Positions 8,839 through 19,656 of a stretch of DNA of 62,340 nucleotides are shown piece after piece (the stretch's first letter is position 1; every line of letters starts with the position of its first letter). The notes under the pieces are model-generated. The model made no database searches. It was not told the DNA's origin and worked only from the letters and a program-made list of their open reading frames with translations. Where the stretch lies: positions 1 to 62,340 of IMG/VR virus record IMGVR_UViG_3300014166_000003; one strand, written 5' to 3'. This DNA is from a virus (taxonomy: Duplodnaviria > Caudoviricetes). The translations under genes were made by a program, and so were the position numbers.

Positions 8839-10026
8839 TTAGAACGCAGACGATGTGACAATGGTGCGCGTTGAACCAGTGTCACGAACATTGAGAGAGC
8901 ATGTACGTGCCGGACTCGTACCAGTACAGCTTACCCACCAATCACCATCGCGCAGTGATCCAGGTGTGCCCAACGATGACGTTATCTTGCTGGCTGTTGT
9001 GGTGTCACCGACGACAACACTGTCGACTGCGTCCAGGCCGATAAGGGGTACGTTCGCACTGTTGACGAAATTGCGAGCGTTCAAGAATGTTAGGTTGGGC
9101 AGGCGAATGATTCCTGCCGTGGCAGGCGTGCTGCCCAATTCAATCGTCGAGCCCGCATACAGTGTCCGAATACGTTTCGATCCACTGCCGATATCCTGAC
9201 TGTTATCGTTGACCGGCGCAAAAGTCGTGTGAAAGACAAGATTGCCTGTATTGTTGTAGATGTAGGCATTCGACCCATCGTGACCGAGCGCAGCGTACTT
9301 CGGGCCAGTCGTGCTACCGTACACACGAAACTCTTGTGCGTTCGTGCTGTTCTTCAACGCCAGAACATTGGAAGCGTCTCGAACTAGGATTGCGTCTGCG
9401 CCGAGCACCACGCTTGTTCCGAAATATCCAGATCGGACTTGCACCCCGCTGCGCCCAAGATCGTACACGTTGTCAGACGCAGGATACATGGCATAAGGAC
9501 CAATCGCTGAATTGCCGATGACCCATCGAGCCGCATTGTTTGTATCCAGATTCAACACACTGTCGTCCACAGTCCGCAGAATCAGTGCTCCGGTCTGTGA
9601 ATAGATACGTGAGTCTGAACCATCGTGCAACAGTTGCAAGTACTTCGGTCCAGTCGTGGTTCCATATACACGCAAGGTCTGAGCATTCGTGCTGTTCTTG
9701 AGTGCCAGCGTGTTCGCTGCACCATCACGAACCAGGACCGTGTCACCATTCCAAGTTAGTGATGCGGCTGAATCGAGCTGCAGGGCTGTGCCCGATATCG
9801 TCAATGGCACCACGGTTGTGCCGAAGCTGCCATCGGCCGACGTGTTCTTCTCAAGTGTGATGACACCACCATTAAGCTTCCATCGCCAGTAACCACCACC
9901 AGAGATCGATTGATCCGTTTCGCGAAACGTGGCAACGGGAGCCGTACCCTGGAATTGTCCAAAGGACATGGAAGGGGTAAGCAGAAGCGACAGAGCCAAT
10001 ACGAGAGACAGGAAAGATCGAATCAT
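8839..10026 (-). CDS. Tail-fibre-like protein with N-terminal signal peptide and internal duplication
   Basis: P..DN.YD.G....R fibre-type repeats; duplicated LALKNSTNAQ..RVYG.TTGPKY block; MIRSFLSLVLALSLLLTPSMSFG leader. Confidence 0.65.
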   Translation of the reverse strand: MIRSFLSLVLALSLLLTPSMSFGQFQGTAPVATFRETDQSISGGGYWRWKLNGGVITLEKNTSADGSFGTTVVPLTISGTALQLDSAASLTWNGDTVLVRDGAANTLALKNSTNAQTLRVYGTTTGPKYLQLLHDGSDSRIYSQTGALILRTVDDSVLNLDTNNAARWVIGNSAIGPYAMYPASDNVYDLGRSGVQVRSGYFGTSVVLGADAILVRDASNVLALKNSTNAQEFRVYGSTTGPKYAALGHDGSNAYIYNNTGNLVFHTTFAPVNDNSQDIGSGSKRIRTLYAGSTIELGSTPATAGIIRLPNLTFLNARNFVNSANVPLIGLDAVDSVVVGDTTTASKITSSLGTPGSLRDGDWWVSCTGTSPARTCSLNVRDTGSTRTIVTSSAF

Positions 10027-10622
10027 TATGATGCCCTTCTGTAATATGCGATAAGGTCGTCACCACTCACGGGAGCGAAATCAAGTGTGAGATTCACACC
10101 TGCACGACTGAAGCCAGAACCTTCAAGTAGTGTGACAAAATGCCCGCTGCCAACAGCGCGATAAAACACGATGACGGAGTTCCCAAGCGGTGTTGAAGCA
10201 ATCGTGAATGCCGTATTCACACCGTTCTTTGTGCCAGCTACGCTTTCTTTCTCAACGTGGACACCGGTTGTATCGGCTGCAGGCGTCGCTATACCTGTGA
10301 TCAGAAGGTCCTGGATAGTCTGAGATGCGGGGCTTGCAGGTAGCGAGAAATTACCGAGCTGCTTGCTGACAGCGACTCCGTCGATAGTGACGTCAACTTG
10401 TGCCGTGTAATAACGCGTTGCGGGAATCGCATCGCTCGTACTTTCGAGAACAATGCTGAATGCACCGGTACTCGGACTGATCGTCGCGCTTTCGGCCTTT
10501 GGAATCGTGATATCACCATTCGAGTCAATGAACCAGTCATTGAGCGTGAAGCTGATCGTGCCGGACGTTGGAAACTCGTTCTGAGAATCTTCGATCACTC
10601 CGGTGATTGTGATTTGTGCCAT
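10026..10622 (-). CDS. Tail/baseplate accessory protein
   Basis: Beta-rich N-domain plus C-terminal GTKNGVNTAFT...APVSGDDLIAYY module seen in phage fibre-associated proteins. Confidence 0.55.
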   Translation of the reverse strand: MAQITITGVIEDSQNEFPTSGTISFTLNDWFIDSNGDITIPKAESATISPSTGAFSIVLESTSDAIPATRYYTAQVDVTIDGVAVSKQLGNFSLPASPASQTIQDLLITGIATPAADTTGVHVEKESVAGTKNGVNTAFTIASTPLGNSVIVFYRAVGSGHFVTLLEGSGFSRAGVNLTLDFAPVSGDDLIAYYRRAS

Positions 10623-10625
10623 CCG

Positions 10626-10907
10626 TTACTGTCCCTGTCCTTTGCGTTCGAGCCGAGCGAGAATCTTTGCCTGCTCGACTTTTAGTCCTTCGATCTCACG
10701 TGTAAGCCGATCGAGCTTTTCTTCGCTGCGTTGCATCGATTCCATGAGCAGTCGACGGTCGGCCAAATACGGAGATTCGTTCTGGATCATGCTATGGACT
10801 TCCGTGCGCGATGGGAGCGAGTAGCCGAAAGAGATAACCGCTATCAGCGTCGTGAGCAGCACGCTGACAATGGCGGCAATGACAGGATTTGCAAAGCTTT
10901 TCGACAC
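10626..10907 (-). CDS. Membrane-anchored coiled-coil protein (lysis-associated?)
   Basis: One N-terminal TM helix plus heptad-rich C-terminus. Confidence 0.55.
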   Translation of the reverse strand: MSKSFANPVIAAIVSVLLTTLIAVISFGYSLPSRTEVHSMIQNESPYLADRRLLMESMQRSEEKLDRLTREIEGLKVEQAKILARLERKGQGQ

Positions 10908-10955
10908 ACTGACTCCTGCCTAATTCGACCGAGTCACCGACCGCATGTTGCAGGA

Positions 10956-11384
10956 TTATTTGCCTGGATTGCCGTGCTTTGTCTTGCGGAAGACGGATTT
11001 GCCATTCATCTGAAACTCAACATTCTCAAAGGTCCAGCACAGCTTGTCCGCTGCAGGAATCACATGCTCGACGAAGAGAGTGTCGAGAAACTCTTGGGAT
11101 AGGTCACGACGTGGATTGCCATCTGCTGTTTCAAAGAGTTCTTTGAAAAGTGGATCATTGATAACGACCTGGGCAAGCTTGTCTTTGCGGGCTGGGTCCA
11201 CGTGGAACTTACCAGTCGAATCGCATCCGCCGAAAGCGACGATAAACACAGCAAGACGGCCGACATAGTTGAGTTGGAAGGACACGACCTGGATGCAGTC
11301 GACTTCCAGGGCTTCTGCCGTACGTGTTGTTTTATCAGTGACTACGGCCATCATATCTATCGGTGAAGTCATGTGAGCATGCAT
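10956..11384 (-). CDS. Hypothetical tail-region protein
   Basis: ORF directly downstream of the tail tip gene. Confidence 0.6.
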   Translation of the reverse strand: MHAHMTSPIDMMAVVTDKTTRTAEALEVDCIQVVSFQLNYVGRLAVFIVAFGGCDSTGKFHVDPARKDKLAQVVINDPLFKELFETADGNPRRDLSQEFLDTLFVEHVIPAADKLCWTFENVEFQMNGKSVFRKTKHGNPGK

Positions 11385-11401
11385 ACGGTTTACTTAGACC
11401 G

Positions 11402-14400
11402 TTAGACGTAAAGAAGATTGTGCCCAGCTCCGTCGTCAAAGAGATTCACCTGCGTAAGCGAGCCGTTGATGTAGAGCCATAGCGGTGTGACCGTCGTGCT
11501 GCTCGTGGTGTCGATACGGAATCGCTCAGTCGAGTTCACGTATCCTTCAATGCGCGTCGAGTTGATGAATGCGAAGGATGTGTTGCCTGCGCTGATACCG
11601 AATCCGGAATTGACGAGAAAGTTCTTGCTGATAGCTTGTGGACCGGATGAGCTGACAGACAGCACTCCGGAACCGGCAGATGACAGTGTGACCGTGCCCC
11701 CACCACCACTATCTGTGAGTGACACGGATGAACTAGTACCTGCACCAAACCCAGCAGGACTGGAAAGTGTTACGAGCGAGCCGCTCAAACCTTGAATCGT
11801 GTTCGTGAGAATTTGCGCTGTCGCTGCTCCGCTTATGGGAATCTGCGTCAGCAGCGTGCTACCGCTATAGCAGCGCAAGCCGTTTGTTGAATCCAGCTCA
11901 ATGCGAGATCCGCTCGCTGCTGTTCGCAGCGTAGCTCCCGTGATCGTACCTGTTGCTGTGATCGTCTGTGCAAATAAATCCGTGACGTCTATCTTCGCGG
12001 CCGTGACAGCGTTTGCTGCCAGCTTGCTTGTGATGATCGAGTTGGCACTCAGCACATTGCTGTTCACACCAAACACGCCAACTGCCGGAACGAAGAATGC
12101 ATTCTGTGCCGTGTCCGCGATGTTCTGCGCTACACACATTAAGATCGCAGTATCTCCTGTCACACTTGAATAGGTCGTTGTCGTCTGCAGAACAGTTGTC
12201 GAGACGTTCTTGTCGAAATAGATATACGTGATCGCCGACATGTTGCCGGTGTTGCCACTGCTGATCGAATACGTCGTACCATCGGCAAGCTTGATTGTTC
12301 CGCTTGCCCAGGCGACGGTATCGTGATCGGAACCTGAGAACACGATATCCGTGTTGAAATTCTTCGCTTGATCCGTCAGTTTCGTTGCGGATACCGCGCC
12401 ATTCACGAGCTGCGTGACGTTGATCGAGTTCGCGCCCATTTCAGAGTTTGTGATACCTGCGAACGTCGCAGTCGGCGGTGAGCCGCTGACAGCACCTTCA
12501 CCAAGCAGGTTATACAGGGCAACCCAGCAATAGAGCGTTCCAATGTTGCTGCTGAAAACGAGAGATCGTTTACGTGTGCCACGTTCCTCGGTGAGCGCGA
12601 TGACTCCCTCGTTGATCAATGCGGGCGTCGTGAACTTGAGTTTCTCCCAAAAATGGTGACCGGCATTGTTGTTCACGATGTAGAACGTGCAGCCGGTGAT
12701 CGTTCGCGTCATACGCTCATACGGTGTCTCGATCACGAGCGTATCGTTCGTGTTCGATACGATCTTGCCCATGAAGAGCAATCCTTCATAGTCGAATGTC
12801 GGTGAGCCCGCACGCGTGGGATGAAACACGACGACGTCTTTGCCCGCATATGCGTTTATTGTCCAACCTGGATTGGGCGATGCCAAAATGCTCTGACTGC
12901 CAGCCATGAGCGTGCAAGTACGCGATGACGTAATGCTGTTGTACTGTGTTGTCGCAGTCGGCAGCGTCGACGAGTCGTGGATATAGACAGAGTATCCCCA
13001 ATAACTGCCGGTGTTCGTTGCGGGAATTTCCCAGCTCACTTCAAACTGATTGCCCGCAAGATATGTCGCTGTTGCGGCTGTCTTGATCTGCAGGTTATCG
13101 GGAGTGGGCGGAATGGCTGTATCTGTGCTCAGATTGTCACCGAAGTTAGTTGTCCTTGTCAGTGTTCCCGTATAGCTGGAATAACCGAACGCATTCGCCA
13201 CGCGAGCACGAAAATAATAGGTTCCAGGCTTGTTGACGGGAAACACGAGAGACGTCGGCGGTTTGTGCCCAATCTCGTGGTCATACAGAAGGGAAACGAA
13301 ACCACTGTCGGATGCGACTTGAATATGCGCCTTGAACACAGTGTTCCAGTTGGCAGCACCACCCGGCCGCTCGATACCGATCAGCCATTCGTACTCGTTC
13401 GTGTTGAATGAACCTTGGTTGCGAAGAACGCCGATCGTCGGTGCATCTGGTGTTGTCGTGTCTGTGCCCGCTGCATCCGGTGACGTGGTTGTAACTGGAC
13501 CGGCCGCTGAGCCTTCTGCATTAAGGATCGACATGCCGGTAACCCAATAGTAATAGGTCGTGCTGGCATCCACGCTCGCATCGACGAACAGCGTCCCATC
13601 CAGTGTGGCAATCTTTGTTGCTGTTGCGAAATTGTTGACCGTGTTCCGATATACCTGGAATGACTTAAACAGCTTTAAGTTGCTGCCGGTATATGGTGAC
13701 CACTTCAACGAGACAAGACCACTGCCGATAAAGATCTGCAGACTGCTGGGAGCAGGCAGCACATCGGTCATACCATCGACAAGTACAGCTTGCCGTGGAT
13801 ACACCGGACTGCCTGCCGCATCGAGTGTGTTTGGGTCAGGGAAGTGTCCTGACATAGGACGGCTGACAGCGACAAACCAGGATACGGCCGGAGGATTCTC
13901 GATCTCGTAATCGATCGTGGTGTTCGGATTGTTCAGCTCGATCACTTCGCGCCACTTCGATGTATCCGGTGCACTGCTTCCGTTGTCCGGTGCACGCAAG
14001 ATAATCACGGAACGAAAGTTCTTGGCTGGGCTGGGCTCCGTGTAATTGAACGTCAGGCGCGACGTCGGCTTATTGTTCCCGTCGAATGAACCACCCTCGG
14101 TGACGCTGAAGGCTGTAACAGCAGGCGGCTGTGCGTCGAGTGATGCGTTCGCGGCAATGCGCGTGAAGTTCGTGACCGTTATGGCCGTATCGTCATAGAT
14201 CGCATCGTTGTGCAACGTGGCTGTGATCTTGCGCAGAAAGACCGTTCCACCGTTCTGCAGATGCTCTGCAGTATCTTCGAAGTCGACTACGCGAAACATT
14301 GTTTCGAATGATGGATCAAGCAGATCATCGGTGACCGTAATCACATCGCCTTGTTCCAGGTCGCTGTCTTTATAGAACGTCTCGAATGTGATCTGCAGGT

Positions 14401-16474
14401 TGTTTGACAGACCACCCTGCGCAAACTCACCTGCCCGCAGAATCAGCGTTGCGATACGTGCTGCTTCATCCTGTGTGCTCGTTCCAGGCAGATCGACTGT
14501 CTTCGACACAACGCGCAGTGAGTTATCGCCGAAGATATCGCCGACCTGTTTCTGTGCGAAACGATCGGACACGACGAGCTGCACCTTTGCAAAATCCGTC
14601 TTGTCGATAAAGTTCACTCGGACTTCATTCGGGATTTCCGAGATCGGTTTTCTGGATTTAACGAGAGTGCTCTTGCCATCCTTCCACACGATGTTGCGAC
14701 TTGTGTTGCTGTTCGCTGAATAAGTTGAGATCGAAGACGCGGGACCGAGTTCTTTGATTTTCAATGTGCCGTCGATATCGAGGTAAGGCGGCAGGCAGTA
14801 CATCTGCAAACAGATTAGGCGAATCCAATCTTGGTAGGTCTTCTGATCGGTGACCACACCATTAAATGTCCAGCGTGGAACGAGCCCGCCGACTAATGTA
14901 TCGCTGACCGTGTCACTGTTGCGTGCGGCAATATCGACAAACGATTGCAGGTTGATGCGACCGATATCGATTCCACCACCCGCACGTCGACTCGTCATGA
15001 GATCGAGCAGAACCCAAGCGGGATTTGTCGTTGCCTTCCTGCTGTATGTGACAGCGTCGGAGTACACGCGCACGATACGGCCGTATTGAACATCGAACTG
15101 CCCATTGAAGTTTTGCGATGTGAAGTCGACGCCTGGATTGTTCTTCGTCGAGATCCGGAAAGCGACGCGAGCAGAGCCCCAATAAGCCAGCTTGTTTGTC
15201 GTGAAATCGGTGACAGCGGGGAAGAAGCTTGATCCAGGTTCCGGTGCATCCATCACACCGTTATAGATCTCATAGCCCCAGCCTGGACGCGGATCGTGTC
15301 GGTGTGCACCGTTTACAAAGATGCCCTGTGTATCGCTGTCGGCAATATAGGCATCGCTCGTCACTGCCTGGGATTCATTTGTGCCGTTCGTTGCGAGCGG
15401 ACCTTCGGCGATGATCCACAGCGTGCTTGTAAAATCCGTCCCATTGGGATTTGCCAGGACGAGAATCGGATCACTCACGCGGGCTTTGCCGTAGACGAGC
15501 GGAATGCGCCGACCATATGCTGAGTCGTTACCAGGATATGAGACACGATTCGCAGTCAGGAAGATGTGGCTGTTGCCGAGCTGCATCGGTTGATGTCCGG
15601 TGATCTGTGGAAAGCCGGTGAAGTAATTGCGATTGTTCCCGCCGACCATATCGCTGCTGTTGTTCCCGTACATGCCACGGGCTTTGCACTGATTGATCGA
15701 GAATCCGCAGTTGCCGAAGAGCGCCGTCGCACCAATGCTGTGGCTTGCGATAGTTGTACCGCGCTGAGCACGGACACCGGTCAGCGTATTACTGGACGCG
15801 GCAATAATGAGCAGTCGCTCGCTACCGATAATGAGTTCGTCACCGGTCACAACAAGCTGGCTAGAAGGCAGGGCATTAATATCAAAGGTGACAGGATCGG
15901 ATGTGCCATCGATAGCGGTTGCCGTGGTCGTCTTGAAGCCGATCGTCGACGTGCGCTGATACGGACACTCGAACCCATCGAAGTCCGTCACCGTTTGTCC
16001 GCTGTCTGATTTGCCGAATTCGTTGTTGCACTGGACGGTGATAGCACGCTTGGGAATATCGCTACGTGACGTTGGTGAACCGGCATATGCCGTGAGAGTG
16101 ACCTGCTCACCGGATAACTCGGTCAGCTCGTCGGACCACCCTACCCATTTCACATATCCCGCAGCAATCGAGTCGATGTACTCGATGATCTCGATCTTTG
16201 CTCCAAGGAATGATTCTGTCTGATCGATCAGAGTGATTGCATCGTCTGCATTCGCGAGGATGATCTGCACCTGGGATGCATCGTCGATCGAGAAGCCGAG
16301 TGAGCCAAGAGACAGCAGGCGAGCATCATACGTGTGACCGTCGAAGACAATGCCGCCACGCTCTGCCCAATAGCGGTAACCGCTCTGCAGCTTCACACGG
16401 ACGAGATAGAAGATTCCGGAGATCTGTGTTTTGTTGAGTTCAGTTAATACGGGCGCTGGAATTCCACGAGGCAT
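11402..16474 (-). CDS. Tail tip / host-specificity protein (hub plus FN3-like domains and fibre)
   Basis: 1690 aa; IPLVYG, TNPAWVLLD, PNEVRVNF hub motifs; FN3-like YYYWV/YYFRAR domains; ITSKLAANAVTAAKI repeats. Confidence 0.85.
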   Translation of the reverse strand: MPRGIPAPVLTELNKTQISGIFYLVRVKLQSGYRYWAERGGIVFDGHTYDARLLSLGSLGFSIDDASQVQIILANADDAITLIDQTESFLGAKIEIIEYIDSIAAGYVKWVGWSDELTELSGEQVTLTAYAGSPTSRSDIPKRAITVQCNNEFGKSDSGQTVTDFDGFECPYQRTSTIGFKTTTATAIDGTSDPVTFDINALPSSQLVVTGDELIIGSERLLIIAASSNTLTGVRAQRGTTIASHSIGATALFGNCGFSINQCKARGMYGNNSSDMVGGNNRNYFTGFPQITGHQPMQLGNSHIFLTANRVSYPGNDSAYGRRIPLVYGKARVSDPILVLANPNGTDFTSTLWIIAEGPLATNGTNESQAVTSDAYIADSDTQGIFVNGAHRHDPRPGWGYEIYNGVMDAPEPGSSFFPAVTDFTTNKLAYWGSARVAFRISTKNNPGVDFTSQNFNGQFDVQYGRIVRVYSDAVTYSRKATTNPAWVLLDLMTSRRAGGGIDIGRINLQSFVDIAARNSDTVSDTLVGGLVPRWTFNGVVTDQKTYQDWIRLICLQMYCLPPYLDIDGTLKIKELGPASSISTYSANSNTSRNIVWKDGKSTLVKSRKPISEIPNEVRVNFIDKTDFAKVQLVVSDRFAQKQVGDIFGDNSLRVVSKTVDLPGTSTQDEAARIATLILRAGEFAQGGLSNNLQITFETFYKDSDLEQGDVITVTDDLLDPSFETMFRVVDFEDTAEHLQNGGTVFLRKITATLHNDAIYDDTAITVTNFTRIAANASLDAQPPAVTAFSVTEGGSFDGNNKPTSRLTFNYTEPSPAKNFRSVIILRAPDNGSSAPDTSKWREVIELNNPNTTIDYEIENPPAVSWFVAVSRPMSGHFPDPNTLDAAGSPVYPRQAVLVDGMTDVLPAPSSLQIFIGSGLVSLKWSPYTGSNLKLFKSFQVYRNTVNNFATATKIATLDGTLFVDASVDASTTYYYWVTGMSILNAEGSAAGPVTTTSPDAAGTDTTTPDAPTIGVLRNQGSFNTNEYEWLIGIERPGGAANWNTVFKAHIQVASDSGFVSLLYDHEIGHKPPTSLVFPVNKPGTYYFRARVANAFGYSSYTGTLTRTTNFGDNLSTDTAIPPTPDNLQIKTAATATYLAGNQFEVSWEIPATNTGSYWGYSVYIHDSSTLPTATTQYNSITSSRTCTLMAGSQSILASPNPGWTINAYAGKDVVVFHPTRAGSPTFDYEGLLFMGKIVSNTNDTLVIETPYERMTRTITGCTFYIVNNNAGHHFWEKLKFTTPALINEGVIALTEERGTRKRSLVFSSNIGTLYCWVALYNLLGEGAVSGSPPTATFAGITNSEMGANSINVTQLVNGAVSATKLTDQAKNFNTDIVFSGSDHDTVAWASGTIKLADGTTYSISSGNTGNMSAITYIYFDKNVSTTVLQTTTTYSSVTGDTAILMCVAQNIADTAQNAFFVPAVGVFGVNSNVLSANSIITSKLAANAVTAAKIDVTDLFAQTITATGTITGATLRTAASGSRIELDSTNGLRCYSGSTLLTQIPISGAATAQILTNTIQGLSGSLVTLSSPAGFGAGTSSSVSLTDSGGGGTVTLSSAGSGVLSVSSSGPQAISKNFLVNSGFGISAGNTSFAFINSTRIEGYVNSTERFRIDTTSSTTVTPLWLYINGSLTQVNLFDDGAGHNLLYV

Positions 16475-16510
16475 ACTGTCTACTTAGACAGGCATCCTGC
16501 CGGGGAATCC

Positions 16511-16957
16511 CTATGCTCGCCACTCGCGAATGGAGATACCAGCGTTATACAGCTTGAGTCGAAACATTTCGCGGGTGAGTTTGTCTTCCTCGAAGCGGAC
16601 GAGATAGCGGCCGAGTACGTCAGCTCCCGTGAGATCGATCGTGTCCTGCTCGCCTGGATTATAGAAATAGAAGGCATCAAAGCTGCCGAGTCGCGCCTTA
16701 TAGAAATTCCACAGAACATTGGCGTTATGCGTGGCAGTCACTTCGTTCACGTGCTGCATATTGTGGATCTGAATCGTGAAGCGATTGATACCCTTGTAGG
16801 TCGCTTGGTTGCCTTCACCGTCTGAGCGCGGTCCCCACGAGAGATTCTTGTTCGCAAACTGTCCGAACCCATCACCGAAATCAACCGAATAGTTTGCATA
16901 GGTGATCTCGTGCTGCAGCGGATACCAAAGCTTGAGCGGAAATACTGCGATACTCAT
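16511..16957 (-). CDS. Distal tail protein (DUF2460/gpM-like)
   Basis: Lies after the tape measure gene; FYKARLGSFDAFYF...VRFEED. Confidence 0.7.
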   Translation of the reverse strand: MSIAVFPLKLWYPLQHEITYANYSVDFGDGFGQFANKNLSWGPRSDGEGNQATYKGINRFTIQIHNMQHVNEVTATHNANVLWNFYKARLGSFDAFYFYNPGEQDTIDLTGADVLGRYLVRFEEDKLTREMFRLKLYNAGISIREWRA

Positions 16958-19548
16958 TAGGATGCTCCCGACATGGTCACAGCAAGCCGAGCGCGTACGG
17001 ACGGACTTGTCTGCAATGTTTTCTCGGTGACCGCTGCAATCTGCCGCATGGCGCGAGGATCTTTCGTACCATCCATAACAACCACACCAGGACTGACAGT
17101 ATCGAGCCGATCAAGCTGCTCGCTAAGGCGGTCGACAGACGCAGCAAGCCCGTTCGAACCGTCACGTGGAGTAAGGAAGATCGTACGGTTACCGGGTGTG
17201 CTGCTTCCGTTTACTCCACCTGTTGTTGTCGCGGCACTGTTGGCCGAAGTCAGGTTACCGGCTACACCACGTAGCAAACCTGCAGCCGCTAATGCGCCCG
17301 CACCGGCAGCGAGCAGTGCAGCACCACGACCGAAATCACCAAAGATCATATGTGCTACACCAAGCACGAGTAGTTGCTTGCCGACAGCAACCAATACATC
17401 AGCCAGGATACCAATCAAACCCGCAGCCATTCGCTTGATCAGGGAAACCTGATTTTCCATGTGATGTGTCATGGACTCGAACATGCTCGTCCAGGCGTCC
17501 GACAGTGCGTTGAGCACGTGCGGCAGCAGCTCTTGAAACACTTCGCGGAATGATTGACCGAGCACGAACACGCGAATGATCAGCTCGCGCATAACATCTT
17601 GCATGCCGCGTCCATTGAAAATGAACTGCAGCATTTCCTGATTCACACGTCGTTGATCCGATGCAAGAATGCGCAGCTTGTCGGACAGCTTTTTGTACTC
17701 GTCGGAATCTGTTTGCTGTGCTGCACGAGCTGCTGTGAGATCCTTCATTTCCCGCGTGATCCGCTTGCTGGCTTCTGTCAGATCGGTGAATGTTCCGTTG
17801 AACATTTTGAAGTCCTGCAACAGCACCGTGATTTCATCGTGTGCGATTTGTGCACTGTTCAGCACATCATGCAGAAAGAACGCTTGATCTTTCGGTGGGG
17901 GCGGAAGCAATTCCTGAATCGGTAGGTTTACGATCTTGTTCAGGAATACTCCCATGTGGTCTAGTACTTTCTCGACGTCTTGAAAGTCTTTGATCATCGC
18001 CTGGGCAAGATCGACCTGCAGATGTGTTTTCAGGATAGCGAGTGCTTCTGCGGTTTGCTTTGGAAAGCCCTTTGTTTTCTCGATCGCGTCTTCGACACCA
18101 TCACGATACTTCGCCCACGCAACTGCAGCCGCATTGATGCTGCTTGCTACATCCTGTTCCATCTTGTGACGCAATTCTTTGACGAAGTCATTAACCCGCT
18201 TGAGTGCTTTTTCATCGGCACCACCTACGTTGAATACTTTGAGCCACTCCGTTCCAGATCGAGATAGCACTTCGAATTGCTTCCCAAGGAACCACTGCAT
18301 TGTGGCAAGCTCGTCGTTCACTTCATGTGCATCGGTGCTAAACGTTGTCAACATACCATGCTGTGCAAGGTTCAAACTGACCAATACAAAGGCCACTTCT
18401 GCAACCTGCTTGGAGATCTTCACAAGCGTACTGTTCGCGATTTGTTCCAACACGGATCGAATAAGAACGGTTACGCTCAGTATCATGTTTGACAATTTAG
18501 TCATCATGCTGAGTTGATTGTTTGTGCCGAACAGTGCTTCAACGAGTGCGAACACGCCTTTGAGAATCTGCTCAATGCTGATACCGAATTCCATCATCGA
18601 CGTCAGGATCGCTTGCGTGCTTGGAGCAAGGGAATCGAATCCACCTTTGATGTTTGCAATATCGGAGACAGCTTTCGACAACAGGTCTCGCCAGTAACGC
18701 AGGAAGTCGGTGACGATCTGAAAACCGCTGCCGGTCTGCATCACGATGCGATTGAGAATTGCAAGGTTACCAGCAATGGACGAGATCATACCTTCGGCCG
18801 TACCACCAAGGCTCTTTGATGCTTCGTCAATACCCTGGAACATAGTGCGCAACGATTCAAGCAGCGTGCCTGCCTGCTTCTGTTTCTCAAGCCATGCATT
18901 GAGATCGCCGACCTGGGCTTTGATGATCTTCGCCATAACATTGCCGGTTGTCGCCTGCCCACTCATGAGTGCGCTGATTTCTGAAACGATCTGTCGTTCT
19001 TTCTGCAGTCCACCTGTCAACGAGACCACGATGTTTGTCAGCAGTGCGGCAGTCTGTGCCGCTTCGTCCATGTTCTTCACGAACGAGAGACCACCACGCG
19101 CAACGAATGTCTGGAAGGCGAGACCGATATCCGTGGCACTCGCAACCGACGTTGATGCCAGCTCTGCGAACTTCATCATCATCTTTTCGGATGCTTTCGT
19201 CGCAACAGCAAATGAATCGCTCAGCGTCGGTCCGAAGGATGCAAAAGACGTGAGCAGTCCGGCCGTGTTGAAGATCTGTCGCTGCATGTCGTCAGCACTT
19301 TTGATTGCTGTGATAGCGAGATCTCGAAAAGCACCGGCAATCTTTTCAGGCAGCGTGACGAACACATTGAACGCGACCATGATCACGCCCATCGAGATCA
19401 GTGCTTTGGTCGCTGTCGCGATAGCCGCGTTCATTCCAGAGAACGCATCTTGGCCGTTTCTGCCTGCATTCTGCAGTTGCGTATTGACGTTCGCAGCACC
19501 GCTAACGGTAACCCGAACAACGACTTGCTGTGTAATGACTCTCGACAC
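16957..19548 (-). CDS. Tape measure protein
   Basis: 863 aa, Ala-rich and helical, follows the tail chaperone; hydrophobic segments. Confidence 0.85.
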   Translation of the reverse strand: MSRVITQQVVVRVTVSGAANVNTQLQNAGRNGQDAFSGMNAAIATATKALISMGVIMVAFNVFVTLPEKIAGAFRDLAITAIKSADDMQRQIFNTAGLLTSFASFGPTLSDSFAVATKASEKMMMKFAELASTSVASATDIGLAFQTFVARGGLSFVKNMDEAAQTAALLTNIVVSLTGGLQKERQIVSEISALMSGQATTGNVMAKIIKAQVGDLNAWLEKQKQAGTLLESLRTMFQGIDEASKSLGGTAEGMISSIAGNLAILNRIVMQTGSGFQIVTDFLRYWRDLLSKAVSDIANIKGGFDSLAPSTQAILTSMMEFGISIEQILKGVFALVEALFGTNNQLSMMTKLSNMILSVTVLIRSVLEQIANSTLVKISKQVAEVAFVLVSLNLAQHGMLTTFSTDAHEVNDELATMQWFLGKQFEVLSRSGTEWLKVFNVGGADEKALKRVNDFVKELRHKMEQDVASSINAAAVAWAKYRDGVEDAIEKTKGFPKQTAEALAILKTHLQVDLAQAMIKDFQDVEKVLDHMGVFLNKIVNLPIQELLPPPPKDQAFFLHDVLNSAQIAHDEITVLLQDFKMFNGTFTDLTEASKRITREMKDLTAARAAQQTDSDEYKKLSDKLRILASDQRRVNQEMLQFIFNGRGMQDVMRELIIRVFVLGQSFREVFQELLPHVLNALSDAWTSMFESMTHHMENQVSLIKRMAAGLIGILADVLVAVGKQLLVLGVAHMIFGDFGRGAALLAAGAGALAAAGLLRGVAGNLTSANSAATTTGGVNGSSTPGNRTIFLTPRDGSNGLAASVDRLSEQLDRLDTVSPGVVVMDGTKDPRAMRQIAAVTEKTLQTSPSVRARLAVTMSGAS

Positions 19549-19584
19549 TTAGACAAATACTCCGCTATCTTATTGGACTTCCGT

Positions 19585-19614
19585 TTGACACCTAAATCAT
19601 GACGGTGTTATGGT
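19585..19614 (+). promoter_or_regulatory. Sigma70-like promoter for the Imm-like gene
   Basis: TTGACA-N18-TATGGT with extended -10 TG. Confidence 0.45.
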
Positions 19615-19656
19615 TTGCTCGATTTGACGGCATTCGAATAAACGAGGGGGAACGGC

